Source of the DNA: Octopus sinensis
Lineage: Eukaryota
Reading direction: 5' to 3'
DNA: 64,000 nucleotides
NCBI RefSeq assembly: GCF_006345805.1
Contig: NC_043009.1
Location: forward strand, 31,434,001 to 31,498,000
Shown here: piece after piece, positions 1 through 13,845 of the stretch
Layout: each line of letters begins with the position of its first letter
Numbering within the stretch: the first letter of the stretch is position 1
Made by a program: the position numbers and the translations under genes
Notes under the pieces: generated by a model
The model's input: the letters and a program-made list of their open reading frames with translations, nothing else
Told to the model about the DNA's origin: nothing
The model's database searches: none

Positions 1-122
1 TAATTCTTAAGAAGGAAAAGTGTTATTTAAAGATTAATTCTTTCTAGAAGAAAAAAGTTATTAAATATTCATAAGGTTTTATTTTGGTTCATTAATATTT
101 CTGAATATTCCCAAAATTATTA

Positions 123-330
123 CTATTGCTCCTCCCACTTCCTCCTCCTCCTCCTCCTCCTCATCATCATCATCATCATCACCATCACCACCATCACGAC
201 CATCACCATCACCATCATCATCATCGTCATCATCATAATCATCATCACCACCATTACCACCATCACCACCATTACCACCACCACCACCACCACCATCACC
301 ATCATCATCATCCTCTTCTCTTACCCATAT
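123..330. repeat. Compound trinucleotide microsatellite (CCT/CAT/CAC)
   Basis: Directly visible; it produces the poly-H/M/D/G pseudo-ORFs in the track. Confidence 0.95.
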
Positions 331-594
331 CGTAGCTGCCTCCAATTAGCAGCTTCCAACACGTCAGACACCCTTCATATGTCATTCATGTCTTTCCAAA
401 TGGTTTGATAATAAATGTCAGCTGTACCAAGTGAAGAATCCTCAACAGAGCAAAGGTAGTGAACCAGCAAAAATGCTAATGCAATGGACAAACCGCTGAT
501 AAGCATTTTGACCAGCTTTACACTGGGTTCAAATTCCACTGCGGTGGACTTTGCCTTTCATATTTTGAGATCAATAAAATACGTAGCAGGAAGG

Positions 595-870
595 CAGGTG
601 GCTAAGTGGTTAGGGTTATGAACTAATGATAGCTAGAAGAGGGGTTTGATTCCCAGGCCAGGTTGTGTGCTGTGTTTCTGTGCAAAACACTTTGTTTCAC
701 ATAGCTCCAGTCCACTCAGCTGTAAATGGATCACCCTGTGATGGAATAGCTTACCATTTAGGGGAATGTGGGACTGCTTGCCTCGCCAGTGGGATGACAG
801 TATTCAAAAACTAAAATGATGCAAAGTGCATTGTAACCAGCGATGTATAACATCATCTGATAATCCGTTC
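595..870 (+). mobile_element. Degenerate tRNA-derived SINE
   Basis: A-box-like TGGCTAAGTGGTTAGGG and B-box-like GGTTTGATTCCC head followed by a SINE-like body. Boundaries approximate. Confidence 0.55.
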
Positions 871-1989
871 AGTACTGTGATACCATGACAATAAGTACCA
901 GTTGAGTACTGGGGGTCGATTCAATTGACTTACACCCTCCCTTAAAATTGCTGGCCTTGTGCCCAAATTTGAAATTATTATTTACAAAGCAATGCACCCA
1001 TTTATGCTCCACTCTCTAAATAAACTTATTCCAAAAACTATAAAAATATTAAGTACTTATCTTTTTTTACACCTCTGTCTACCTTAGCGAATGATAGAAA
1101 TGACTTCTTTCCCCCACCCTTTTACTATACCATTACTAGAAGTAATTAATTGACTGTTTCTAATTGGAATTATACATAAACAGAAAATTAGTCCCATTGA
1201 AGCTAATATTTGTGTGATTTGGGAGCACCAGTTCAATTGTTTAATTTTGTTGCTCAAGTTTCCAAGTTAGACCCTGCTGGGTTCTTTTCATAGAGGATCC
1301 AGCTGGGTTAACAGCCACATGCTATATGGTCAAGGGAGTTATCTCAATGAGATGAAGACCGACTGGGACACTGTTTGACAGGTCAACGAAGAAGGCCTGA
1401 GAATACACTGACAAATGGTGAATACAGCAGCACACTGCAATGGTGCATGTCCACACACCTGACTTGACCTGATGCCAGTTGTAGAGAAATTACTGGGGAA
1501 GTTCAAGTTATACTGTTATTCCGTGGGTCATTCTTTATCCTTACAAGCAAGAGAGAAGGAGACAAGCTGGCAAAATTGTTGGCATTCCAGACAAAATGCT
1601 TTGTGGCATTTTGTCTCTTTATATTCAGACCTCAACAACTCCTTAGTCTTGGTCCTTTTGGGGGTTAGGGTTAGGGTTACTTTAAAATAAGTAACAGTCA
1701 AATAAAAAGGGTCAATGTAATTGACTTTCCCCCTCAAAAAGAAAAAAAAAAGGGGCTAGTCCTGAACCAAAATTTGATACCAAAAGTTCATAGCTTTTAA
1801 TTTTTTTTATTATTTTTTTTTTGTTAGTGATGTTAAAATTTGAGTTTGATGGAATAGAATATATAATTTTGTTTACTATACTTTTATTTAAATGAGTTCT
1901 GTTTCAGATATAGAGTCTGGAGTGTCGTTATCATGTAACAGACACCTGTAAAGCATTGGTGACACACCTATGAAAATCTTCCCAATTAA

Positions 1990-2250
1990 GTATGAGTTCT
2001 CCAGCTGCCTTTTCCACTTTTGTCCAACCAGCTCATGATATTGTCCATCCATTCTATACCTGCCTCCAGATTAACACATCTCTACTTTCCCTTTCATGAT
2101 AATGTTTTACAGACCTTTGAATATGCTCCCAATAGACGAGCTTTTGTTTTGATTCACACAATGTTCAGGAGTCGTGGTCTTTCACCTAACTGTTGTGACA
2201 CCCATTCATTTGTGTGGTAGCCCTTTCTAAGAGATCCATAACATTCTCTT
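1990..2250 (-). mobile_element. RTE-clade LINE 3' remnant
   Basis: Frameshifted minus-strand peptides NEWVSQQLGERPRLLNIV / LVYWEHIQRS / IMKGKVE / IEWMDNIMSW resemble the RTE ORF C-terminus. Confidence 0.6.
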
Positions 2251-2709
2251 ACACACATTTTAAATGCATTGATTATATTTATTGATTATATTCTCTTCAG
2301 AATTGTTCAAAGTCTTGGATTGTAACTCACCTTAAAGCCCATAACTCAAAGCATATCAGTCTTACCCACCTGCAACAACATCTGATACTTTCCACTATTG
2401 AAATATGTATTCTAGGTTTGAACTGAAAACCTTTCAATTGGTAGACTAATTTTGTGTCCCCTTAACCACAATGCTCCACTGAACTGACAATAATCGCAGT
2501 TGATTGTGTCATTAAAAAACCAAACCATTTTGCTACCCAAAAGGTTGACACTGTGTAACTTGTACTCCATATCTCTATTGTATCACTTCCAGACGTAATT
2601 AATTCCTATAGACATAGATCTGGTATTGTCTAGGTAACAAAAGATAGTACAATACAGCTTCTCTTGTTCAACTAATGACAAGCAATTCTTAAACAAGTGA
2701 TGGTGAGTT

Positions 2710-2745
<36 letters not shown>

Positions 2746-4249
2746 CAAAATTTATGACAGACATTCGACATTCTTATATAAGTTGCAGAATTGTCATGAA
2801 ACCATAATGGTAGAACCTTAAAGAACCAGACAACGTACTCAAGAGACCATGGTTAAACCATTCATGACTTTATTTCACATATAATATAAAGCGTACATTT
2901 CTCCATTTATTTTGGAAATAATCAAGAATTTGGAAAGATACAGTTAAATAACTAAATATTTATTCTTAAGTCGATGTTTGGAATATAACTTTATAAAATA
3001 TTTCTTACTTGAAATTATATTGGAAAGTTGTTTTTTTTTTAATTTAAATACGAGCATTTTAAAACAGGTTTTTGTATGAGCACCAGAGGCAGTTCCAAGC
3101 ACATTTGGTATCAAAAGGTTTAAACTATTCTACTTCATATCATGCCTAATCAATAATGTTCATTGCCGTCACTGCGCTCAACAACCTCCCCCCACCCCCA
3201 CCCTGGTCCTCTTAATAACACAAACATTGAATCATAAGAAACGAATGAATGAATTCAATGAATGCACTACAGAGTCTACTTGATCAGACCAGTTAGAATA
3301 ATTCCAGGCAAAAGAGGAACATTCTATCTGTCCTGACATAATGGAAAAACAGACATTACACATATGTAAGTGGCAGAGGAAGGGATACACTAAATTGATG
3401 TTTTTTCTTTTATAAAATGTAAAGATTATTCATAAGAATTTATTACAAATGAATACCAATATTTTTCAGATCTTCTGAGTCAATAAATGTATCAAATTTC
3501 TATGAAACATAGTTTGAGAATTATGTTTGTTATTTACTTGTTTTATTTCTGTTTTTCAAAACAATTATTTTGGTGGAAGGTTTTTATAAAGGAATAGAAG
3601 TTTTATTAGTTTTTTTTTATTATTTTTTTTTTTATTTCATGGCAAGAATGAAAAAAGACATTGAAATAAAAAGAAAATGGTAGTTAAAGGCAACGAGCCA
3701 CAGTTGGGCTTTTTGAAATGAAAATCAATGGAGTCAATACTGAAAAAAAAAATGTGAGAAGGTAAAAAAACCTGCCAAAAATAAAATATATTGATAAGAA
3801 AAAATGGGTTTACAAAAGTACATGCAGATATATATATATACACACACACACGCACACAAACACATATTCACACACACACACACACACATGTATGTATATG
3901 TCTATATATGTACATACATATACACACAGGTATATGTCTATATATGTACATACATACACACACATGCAGGCACGCACATACACCTTTCAACAAGTGTGAA
4001 ATAACACAGAAAAAAAACATTAAAAATCCAAAGAATTTTCTCAAAAGCAGATTTGTTTGGTATCTGTGTTAACATACAAACATTTGGTGGGTATATGTAT
4101 GCGTATATGCATATATATGCATTTATAAACACACACATATATATAAATGTATATACATGTGTTTGAGTTTGTGTGTGAATATATATAAATATATATAAGT
4201 CTGTGTGTGAGAATGTGCGTGTGTAAATATGAATATATATATATACATA

Positions 4250-4805
4250 GGCACAGGAGTGACTGTGTGGTAAGTAGCTTGCTTACCAACCACATGATTA
4301 CAGGTTCAGTCCCACTGCATGGCACCTTGGGCAAGTGTATTTTACTATAGCCTTGGGCCCACCAGTGAGTGGATTTGGTAGATAGAAACTGAAAGAACCC
4401 TGTCGTGTATATATATATAGAGGAGAATTCATAAAAAACAAAAGTCGAAGACGGGTGTGTAAACAACAAACAAATGTATTAGTTTAATGCTCAGGAAGTG
4501 AAAAAGTCTTTAACATTTCGAGCCTACGCTCTTCCACAGAAAGGAACACAGAAAGAAAATAAAGAATGTGTGGTGGCTAGCGATCTATGTGTGTGTATAT
4601 GTTTGTGTGTGTGTGTGTGTCCCAACATTGCTTGACAACCGATGCTTGTGTGTTAACATCCCCATAACTTAACAGCTCGGCAAAAGAGATTGATAGAAAA
4701 AGTACTAGGCTTACAAAGAATAAGTCCTGGGGTCAATTTACTCGACTAAAGGCAGTGCTCCAGCATGGGCACAGTCAAAATGACTGAAAGAAGTAAAAGA
4801 ATAAA
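4250..4805 (+). mobile_element. Composite SINE (tRNA-like head, central microsatellite, tail), interrupted at about 4410-4590
   Basis: Head GGCACAGGAGT..GTGTGGTAAGTAGCTTGCTTACCAACCACATG..GAAAGAA and tail TGTCCC..CATTGCTTGACAACCGATG..GCTCCAGCATGG..GACTGAAA. The same two modules recur at 28228-28625, 33745-34890, 58460-58830 and 62500-62905. Confidence 0.85.
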
Positions 4806-5915
4806 AGAAAAGGAATATATATATAAAACCTAGTGGTTAGGATGCTGGGCTCATTATTGCTAAATTGTGGGTTCAATTCCCAGATCAAGCTGGGTATTGT
4901 ATTTGAGCAAAACATTTTATATCATGCTGCTTCAGTCCACACAGCAGTAAATGGGAATAGCTTCAAACAGGGGATATGTTGGTCTGCTCACCTAGCCAGC
5001 AAGGTGAAACTGTTCGAATGAAAAGTGTATTGGGAACAGTGGTGTATAACAATAACCAATAGTCTGGTCAATTACAGTATCATGTTATATATATATATAT
5101 ATAACATGGTCAATATATATATATATATAACTGGTCAATTACAGTATCATGTTATATATATATATATAGAGGAGAATTCATAAAAAACAAAAGTCGAAGA
5201 CGGGTGTGTAAACAACAAACAAATGTATTAGTTTAATGCTCAGGAAGTGAAAAAGTCTTTAACATTTCGAGCCTACGCTCTTCCACAGAAAGGAACACAG
5301 AAAGAAAATAAAGAATGTGTGGTGGCTAGCGATCTATGTGTGTGTATATGTTTGTGTGTGTGTGTGTGTGTCCCAACATTGCTTGACAACCGATGCTTGT
5401 GTGTTAACATCCCCATAACTTAACAGCTCGGCAAAAGAGATTGATAGAAAAAGTACTAGGCTTACAAAGAATAAGTCCTGGGGTCAATTTACTCGACTAA
5501 AGGCAGTGCTCCAGCATGGGCACAGTCAAAATGACTGAAAGAAGTAAAAGAATAAAAGAAAAGGAATATATATATAAAACCTAGTGGTTAGGATGCTGGG
5601 CTCATTATTGCTAAATTGTGGGTTCAATTCCCAGATCAAGCTGGGTATTGTATTTGAGCAAAACATTTTATATCATGCTGCTTCAGTCCACACAGCAGTA
5701 AATGGGAATAGCTTCAAACAGGGGATATGTTGGTCTGCTCACCTAGCCAGCAAGGTGAAACTGTTCGAATGAAAAGTGTATTGGGAACAGTGGTGTATAA
5801 CAATAACCAATAGTCTGGTCAATTACAGTATCATGTTATATATATATATATATAACATGGTCAATATATATATATATATAACTGGTCAATTACAGTATCA
5901 TGTTATATATATATA
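4410..5915. repeat. Near-perfect tandem duplication, period about 750 bp
   Basis: AGGAGAATTC at 4421 and 5170; identical ORFs at 4833 and 5584; breakpoints lie in (TA)n. Confidence 0.95.
4415..4590 (-). mobile_element. Short TA-flanked non-autonomous element with a degenerate minimal HHR-like motif (Penelope-like terminus); second copy at about 5165-5340
   Basis: Minus strand 4543-4508 reads CTTT-CTGTGGA-A-GAGC GTAG GCTC-GAAA-TG-TT-AAAG. A related copy lies at 22380-22560 (+). Confidence 0.5.
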
Positions 5916-5939
5916 TATATTTACATATATATATATATG

Positions 5940-6443
5940 TGTGGTCAGCCTGTAATGACATGCATAAGATCTGGTCATCAAATCTAAGTAGAGACTTCAA
6001 ACTTGAAATTTTCAAAGTCACAGTTGAACCAATTCTACTATATGGCTCAGAAACCTTGACGTTATCAAAGAAGCTTGAGAGGCGGTTGGATGGAACCTAC
6101 ACTCGCCTCCTTATGAGAGCTCAAAATCTTTCGTGGGAGCGCCATCCAACCAAAATGCAAATATATGGGAAACTACCACCTGTATCATCTCTTGTGAAAG
6201 GTAGGAGAGTCCAGTTTGCTAGACATTGTTGTAGAGCTGAAAAAGAGGTAATTTCTACTCTTCTCCTCTGGAAGCCATCTACTCGCAATACCAGAGGGTG
6301 CACACTGTCCTACCCTGATGTAATCTCCAGGGATACAGGCATTCAGTAACAGGACCTCCGTAATGCCATGATGGACCGTGAAGTCTGGCATAGCATGGTA
6401 AATTCCATTGTCTTGACCACGGTCGAACAATGATGATGATGAT
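5940..6443 (+). mobile_element. RTE-X-like LINE 3' fragment
   Basis: Frame WSACNDMHKIWSSNLSRDFKLEIFKVTVEPILLYGSET..RRVQFARHCCRA..LLLWKP..SYPDVISRDTG, one internal stop, then a (TGA)n tail. Confidence 0.85.
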
Positions 6444-6727
6444 GTGTTTGTGTATGTATATAAATATATAGATATAATTATAATTAAGGGTACTAGGAAC
6501 AGCACCCACACGCTAGAAATAGACATCAAAATACTCTAAAAACCACTTCAAATAACATTCCATTAACACAAGGCTGAAACCAAGCAAATGAACAAAAGCA
6601 TTTTTATAAAATTTTGAGGTTAATTCTAGATTGTCCTGTTTCTGGTTTAGTAATAGAACTTACTTTACCATCATCAGTAGAATATACCAGAAGCACATAA
6701 ATATATATATACATGTATATGTATATA

Positions 6728-6885
6728 CGGAGTGGTTGGCGTTAGGAAGGGCATCCAGCCGTAGAAACACTGTCAGATTTGACTGGGCCTGATGAAGCCT
6801 TCTGGCTTCACAGACCCCAGTAGAACCGTCCAACCCATGCTAGCATGGAAAACGGACGCTAAACGATGATGATGATGATGATGAT
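6728..6885 (+). mobile_element. SINE / LINE-tail element ending in (GAT)n
   Basis: GGTTGGCGTTAGGAAGGGCATCCAGC..CCGTCCAACCCATGCTAGCATGGAAAACGGACG.TAAACGATGATG. Other copies at about 7436-7595, 10840-11000, 20060-20240, 21105-21290, 41885-42285, 47380-47530 and 55860-56170. Confidence 0.85.
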
Positions 6886-7310
6886 GTATATATATACAGG
6901 GAGACAGAGAGCAATCATCATCATCACCATCATTGCTTTCATATGCTTGTATAGACCAAATACCTTTTCTGAGGGGGTTCTTTCATGGCTAGATATCCTT
7001 TCTGTAACCAAACTTTATATGCGTCTGATAGTATTTTCCCATGACCAGACACTGTTTTATTATATTGAACATAACAAATATTACTTTGGCCTATGGTCAC
7101 CTGTGAGTACATACTACTGACAATGTGCACCAAGGCTGAAATCTGCATCTAGCATTGTCACCAGCAACTGCTTGGATGAATATTTTTTCTGCTTCCAATA
7201 AATGTTGTATTTCTCAACAAAACAAAACACATTCATGAAAAATATATCCAGCCAGATATCAGTAAATATGCTTTCCATGATGTACATTAAGCACGACATA
7301 CAGATGCCTA

Positions 7311-7370
<60 letters not shown>

Positions 7371-7620
7371 CATATAAAATGAATGGCTTACACCTGGTAG
7401 CTTACTGGTAAAGCACGATCACTTTCACAGTATAATGGCATTAGGAAGGGCATCTAGCTGTAGAAATTTTACCAGATCAGATTGGATCCTGGTGTAGCCT
7501 TCTGGCTCACCAGTCTTCAGTCAAACCGTCCAACCTATGCCAGCATTGAAAACGGATGCTAAACAACATCGATGATGATGATGATGATGATGATATATAC
7601 ACACACATATACATACACAT

Positions 7621-7667
<47 letters not shown>

Positions 7668-7767
7668 TATACATACATTAACACACTCACATATCTATAT
7701 ATGAACTCCTTGTCACCAATTGTGATTAGTATTTTGTTAAAATTTATGGAAAACTCAAAACTCAAAC

Positions 7768-8420
7768 AAATTTCTGGACAAGCTGTGGATGTCAGACGAG
7801 GTCCATTTTCATCTAACAGGTTATGTGAACAAGCAGAACTGTCGTTCCTGGGCAGACAGCAACCCTAAAGAACTTCATGAATGCCCTTTACACAGCAGCA
7901 AGGTGACAGTATGGTGTGCAGTTTCATCACATGGGGTCATGGGACCTTTTTTGAAAAAGAAGACGGGATCACAGTGACTGTCTCTTTGGATCAATATGTC
8001 AAGATACTGCAATCTTTTGTTGCACAAGCATTGCACAATTTTCCACAACTTCACAAAGCCTGGTTTCAACAGGAAAATGCGACATCGCACCCAACAATAG
8101 GATGATGTGACATTGCGCTCTACGAGACAATCAATGGCAACTGTGTGAGATTTGTTCAGTATCCGTCTCATCTCAAGATTCGGTGACATTCACTGGCCAC
8201 CAACATCACCAGATTTGTCCGCTTGTAATTTTTACTTGTGGGCTACCTGAAGGGGCGGGTCTACACAGCTTGTCCAAGGACAGTGGAGGAATTGAAATAT
8301 AGAATTCAAGACGAATGTGTTATTGCACTGATCCATGGGGAGCCTCAATGGCACATTGGCAGAATGCATACGTAGAGGAAGAGACTTTCAACAGGAGATA
8401 GTTTTCAGACATTAATAATT
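7768..8420 (+). pseudogene. Tc1/mariner-superfamily transposase relic (maT/DD37D-like), frameshifted
   Basis: WMSDEVHFHLTGYVNKQNCRSWA..PLHSSKVTVWCAVS..GP / FFE..TVTV..YVKIL..WFQQENATSH / WPPTSPDLSACNF.LW. Subfamily assignment is inferred from motifs. Confidence 0.85.
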
Positions 8421-8532
8421 TCGATTCTTAAAAGGCAAATTGTTTAATTTCTCTCAGTGAATATTTTGTTGGATTTGGATTTTCCCTATTTCTATTGGGG
8501 TTTTTAAGGGTTTTTGTTTTTCTGTGTTACCC

Positions 8533-8577
<45 letters not shown>

Positions 8578-8884
8578 GTGTGCGTGTGTGTGTGTGCGTG
8601 TGTGTGCGTGTGTGTGTGTGTATATATATATATATACATACAGGCACACATACATACACATATGTGTATGTATGTGTGTGTGTATACAGATAGATAGATA
8701 CATGCATAGATAAGTAGATAGATAGAGAGCGAGAGAGAGAGAGCGAGAGACTTGTAATAACATTAAGCTAAACTATGATTCTCTGTGAGTGTTTTTGTAT
8801 TATTGGTCCTACTGATGAAATATTTTATTTTCTGTTGTTGTCAGTGGGAATTATTAAATCAAGTACATTCTGCAATATAACCAA

Positions 8885-9885
8885 GTAATTATATAAATAT
8901 ATGCATGCATATATATTTATACATACATATATATATATTTATACATACATAGATAGATAGATAAATATATATGTATATATAATTATATATATATATATAA
9001 TATATATATACACAAATATATATATATACATATAACATACATATATATATACACACACATACATACATACATATGTATATGCAAATATATATATATATAA
9101 TATATATAATATATATATATATATAGATACATATATATATATACACATATATATATATATATATATGTATGTGTATATATATATATATTGTATATATATT
9201 ATATATTTGCATATACATATGTATGTATGTATGTGGTGTATATATATATGTATGTATATATGTATATATATATATTTGTGTAATATATATATATATAATA
9301 TATATGCATATAATATATATATGCATACATATATATATGCATAATTATATATGTATATATAATTATAATTATATATAACACACATATATATATATACATA
9401 TATACATACATATATATATACACACACATACATACAATGTATATGCAAATATATATATATATATATATATGTGTGTATATATATATATGTATGTATATAT
9501 ATATACATATATATATACATACATATATATATACACACATATATATATAATATATATATTTGCATATACATATGTATGTATGTGTGTGTATATATTATGT
9601 ATGTATATTGTATATTATATATATGTGTGTAATATATATATATATAATTATATATACATATATAATTATGCATATATATATGTATGCATATATATATACA
9701 TATATATTTATCTATCTGTCTATGTATGTATAAATATATATGTATATATATACATATATATTTATACATATATATATATATATATATATGCATATATATA
9801 TACATATATATTTATCTGTCTATGTATGTATGTACGTACGCATTATGTATGTATGTATGTATATATGTATGTATGTACGTATAGC
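8885..9885. repeat. About 1 kb compound (TA)/(TATG)/(CA) block with internal inverted organisation
   Basis: Motif CATACATACATATGTATATGCAAATATAT occurs forward at about 9065 and 9430 and reverse-complemented at about 9203 and 9556. Confidence 0.9.
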
Positions 9886-11034
9886 TGACTAAAATTACAC
9901 AATGACAGAAAGATCTTCACCAGCCATTCATAGGTCATCTGCAGAATGGTATGAAGACAATGGAAGTAAGCCGTACATTGTGAATCTATTGACAGGCAAT
10001 TTCAAGAGAGAAGGAATACATTCAGAAATAGATATGTCAGGTAAAAGAGAAAGTAATTTTTTTCCCAAATACACTTCTTTGACAAACAAATAAACATTTT
10101 AAAATAATTATATTTCTGAAGCTGTGTCATTACTCACACTCATATTAAAATTAAAAGATTTTTTTTTTGTTATTATTACGTTGTCAGTTAAATTCATTTG
10201 TTTTCTAATATTTTTCATCCGTCTCGATTTTATTCGAATTAACATGAAAAATATTCTTATCGTAATGTTTTATGGGTTTCATGGGGTGGATAGGTGAAGC
10301 TCTGTTCTTTCTCGAAAACTTTTGTTTATCATTTTTGCAACTTGTATAAATTTTGCCTCTTTTCAAAAGAGTGACAATGGAGTGCTAAGTAAGAAAAAGT
10401 GAATGAACTTCTCTGACAATCTAATATGAAGAAGCTTTAGATTCTAGAACAAATATGATGAAACAAAACGAGGGAATGTAGCTTCTGTGTCACATTTTTC
10501 AATGATTATTCTGTGTGGTAAGGAAACTTGCTTCCCAAATACATGGTTCCAGGTTTGAAGTAATAACATTTTACTATAGTCACAAGCTGACCAAAACCTT
10601 GTGAATGAATTTGGTAGACAAAGGTTGAAAGAAGCCTGTCATATATATATACATAGCTGAAGGCAGCTATTTAATGCTTGTTTGGGGCTTGCAATCGCCT
10701 ATATTATTGATTCCAGTATTATCATTTTTAAATTGTTACACTAGATAATAACAGAGCCAATGATATCTTCGCAAATTGATTTTTTTGTGAATTATTTTTC
10801 CTGTGAATTACTTGCCCTGTAGTGAAATCATATATATATATATGTGCTGGCATAGGTTGAACAGTTTGACTGAAATCTGGTCAGATGGTGGGGCTGCACC
10901 AGGTTCCAATCTGATTTGGCATAGTTTCTATAGCTGGATACCCTTCCTGATGCCAACTATTCCAAGAATGTAGTGGGTGATTTTTACATGCCAGTTACAC
11001 AACTCTGGCATTAGCCATGTCTACAATCACACTT

Positions 11035-11275
11035 GGGTTGACAGGTCTTCTCAAGCTCAGCATGACACTGAAGGTCTCAGTCACTTGTCATAGCCTCCAT
11101 GAGGCCCAACTTTCAAAGACCATGCTTCACCACCTCATCCCATGTCTTCCTGCAACTACCTCTTCCACAGGTTCCCTCCACCATCAGAGTTTAGCACTTC
11201 CCATACCTGTCCTCATCCATACACATCACATGACCATACCAGCACAGTCTTCTCCCTTGCACATCATATCTGATT
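11035..11275 (-). mobile_element. RTE LINE 3' end remnant
   Basis: Minus frame RRLCWYGHVMCMDED..MVEGTCGRGSCRKTWDEVVKH.L..LGLMEAMTSD, with stops. Confidence 0.8.
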
Positions 11276-12054
11276 GCGTTGATAACCCAGTAACTTAGCA
11301 ACTTTGCAAAAGAGAACGATAAAAATAAGTAGTGGGTCAATTTGTTTGACTAAAATCCTTCAAGGTGGTGCCCAGCATGGCCGCAGTCTAATGACTGAAA
11401 CAAATACAAGATAAGTAAATGGAATATCCATGTTTCCTGTAATTTTCCAGAGTCATTTGATAATTACTTATTAATTAAGCCAGAAATCTTTATTGCTTTT
11501 CGGTTTTGAATATCTGATGCTTGTAAAGGACTTGGTGCTTTACAGAAAAATGAGAAAAGCATCTTATTAACCCTACCAGCTGTAGTTTAAAATATTTGAA
11601 ATTATTAAAATAAGAGTGAAGTAATTGAGAAAGGATAAAGTTTTGGACTTAATGCCATTCATTCAGAATTTGTTTGCTTAGAATTTTAGACCTTATTTTT
11701 CTCACCATTCCTCTATAATTGGCCAAATAAATAACAAGCATGCATAAAGGAAATCTGGGTGTAAAAGTTCGTTAATTCATGTCTTTGTGTAATGCAAGAA
11801 TTGAATGTTGATTCATAAATATCAGCAGGGGATTTTGTAGAAACCAGAGAATTATTTACATCTTTTGACTTCCGATGTTTTATATCTTGTAAAATTCCGT
11901 TCTCCATTTCATATCTCCTGAGCTAATAAAACAAATATCAACAAAGTTTTTGGAATGATTCAGTCACTGACAAAATATTTGTCATGTATTACATGAAGAT
12001 AGACAAAATTATGATAATAATAATAATAATATTGATGATGATGACAGCGACAAC

Positions 12055-12085
<31 letters not shown>

Positions 12086-12613
12086 AAATACATATAAATA
12101 TAGATATAATTAATTATTAAATCTACATTTTTTTTACAATCCATATACTTCCCTCTAATAATTTCCGTCTTTTATTCCCAAATATTTGTTCTTACAGACA
12201 CAGCCAGTGTTTAGCAATAGCTTTGTGTGTGTATTTAACTGTATATGATATTTTACCAGTGAATGTAAAAGACATAAACATTAGGAGTTTTTCAAAGGAA
12301 ATGTGCTGCGTATCAATTGGCATTTGATATGATATCCATAGAAATAGATTTTATTGTAAATTTCTTACTTCCATTGTTGTTGGAAATCTACTTTACTTAT
12401 TCCAAAAGCATTTCTAGCTTTAAATTTCAGCTTGATTAACATAGCCCCAATGCCATTGTTATTTTGCTTGCCATTGTTGTTGTTGTGGTTGTTGTTGTTG
12501 TTGTTGTTGTTGTTTGTATTGGATTATTTATCCTTTCATTCATAGAGTGGCATCAAGAGATACTATTATTGTCTTTGACATTAACATTGATATTTCCAGT
12601 TCATCACATTAAT

Positions 12614-12648
<35 letters not shown>

Positions 12649-12795
12649 GCAAAGACACAAACACATGCATACATATGCAAGCACAGAAAGATGGATGAAA
12701 ACGATGTGGAGGATATTACAGTACACGCATACATGTGTGCACATACATATACATAGGCACACACACACATATATATATGTATACGTATGTATAAA

Positions 12796-12826
<31 letters not shown>

Positions 12827-12878
12827 ATATGTATGTATATGCATATGTATATGGATTGTATATATATATATATGTATG

Positions 12879-12914
<36 letters not shown>

Positions 12915-12954
12915 CATATCATATACACACTACATAGTTCTGAGCTACTAATAG

Positions 12955-13018
<64 letters not shown>

Positions 13019-13042
13019 ATGTGTGTGTATATATATATATGC

Positions 13043-13096
<54 letters not shown>

Positions 13097-13466
13097 GCAT
13101 ATATATATATATATTATATATATATATATATAATATATATATATATATATACATATATACCATACACATACATATGCACATGCACACACACATATATATT
13201 TGTATACATTATATACATGTATATAAGTATATTTCTATATGTATCTGTATGTGGGTACATGCATATATGCACATGTATAAACACACATATACATTATGTA
13301 AGTGTGTATTGATGTATGTATTTAAAGGCAAACAAATCTTGCAAACATTCGATTACATTAAAATATCATTTAACATTATTAATCCATGGGACTGGAAATT
13401 TCAGAATAAATGAAGTCAGTTTGGCTGAACTCAGCATCACCGTATATCCTATTGATTCTCATTTAT

Positions 13467-13673
13467 TGATGATGATGATGATGATGATGATGACTATGAT
13501 GATGATGACGATGACGACAACGAAGAAGATGATGATGATGGTGATGATGATGATGATGATGATGATGATGACGATGGTGATAATGATGATGATGTTGATG
13601 GTGATGATGATGATGATGATGATGATGACGATGACGGTGATGGTGATGATTATAATGATGATGATAGTGATGG

Positions 13674-13705
<32 letters not shown>

Positions 13706-13845
13706 GTGGTGGTGATTGTGGTTGTGGTTGTGGTCGTGGTGTTCATGGTGATGATGACGACGACGACGACGACGATGATGATCATCATCATGATGAGGAT
13801 GATGATGATGACGATGATGATGATGATGGTGATGTTGTTATCATA
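13467..13845. repeat. (GAT/GGT/GAC)n trinucleotide block
   Basis: Directly visible. Confidence 0.95.

Noticed and set aside
1659-1679. Interstitial telomeric repeat (TTAGGG, about three units)
   Set aside because: Too short to distinguish from chance or to imply a fusion site.
6785-6812. CTGATGA followed by a small hairpin
   Set aside because: It is a point-mutated SINE segment with no GAAA, stem III or stem I partner.
8889-9888. Long ORFs rich in I/Y/C/V/H/T/M/L here and at 25-26, 43, 52 and 59-62 kb
   Set aside because: They are translations of (TA)n, (CA)n, (ATT)n and (GAT)n repeats that lack stop codons, and they have no protein-like composition.
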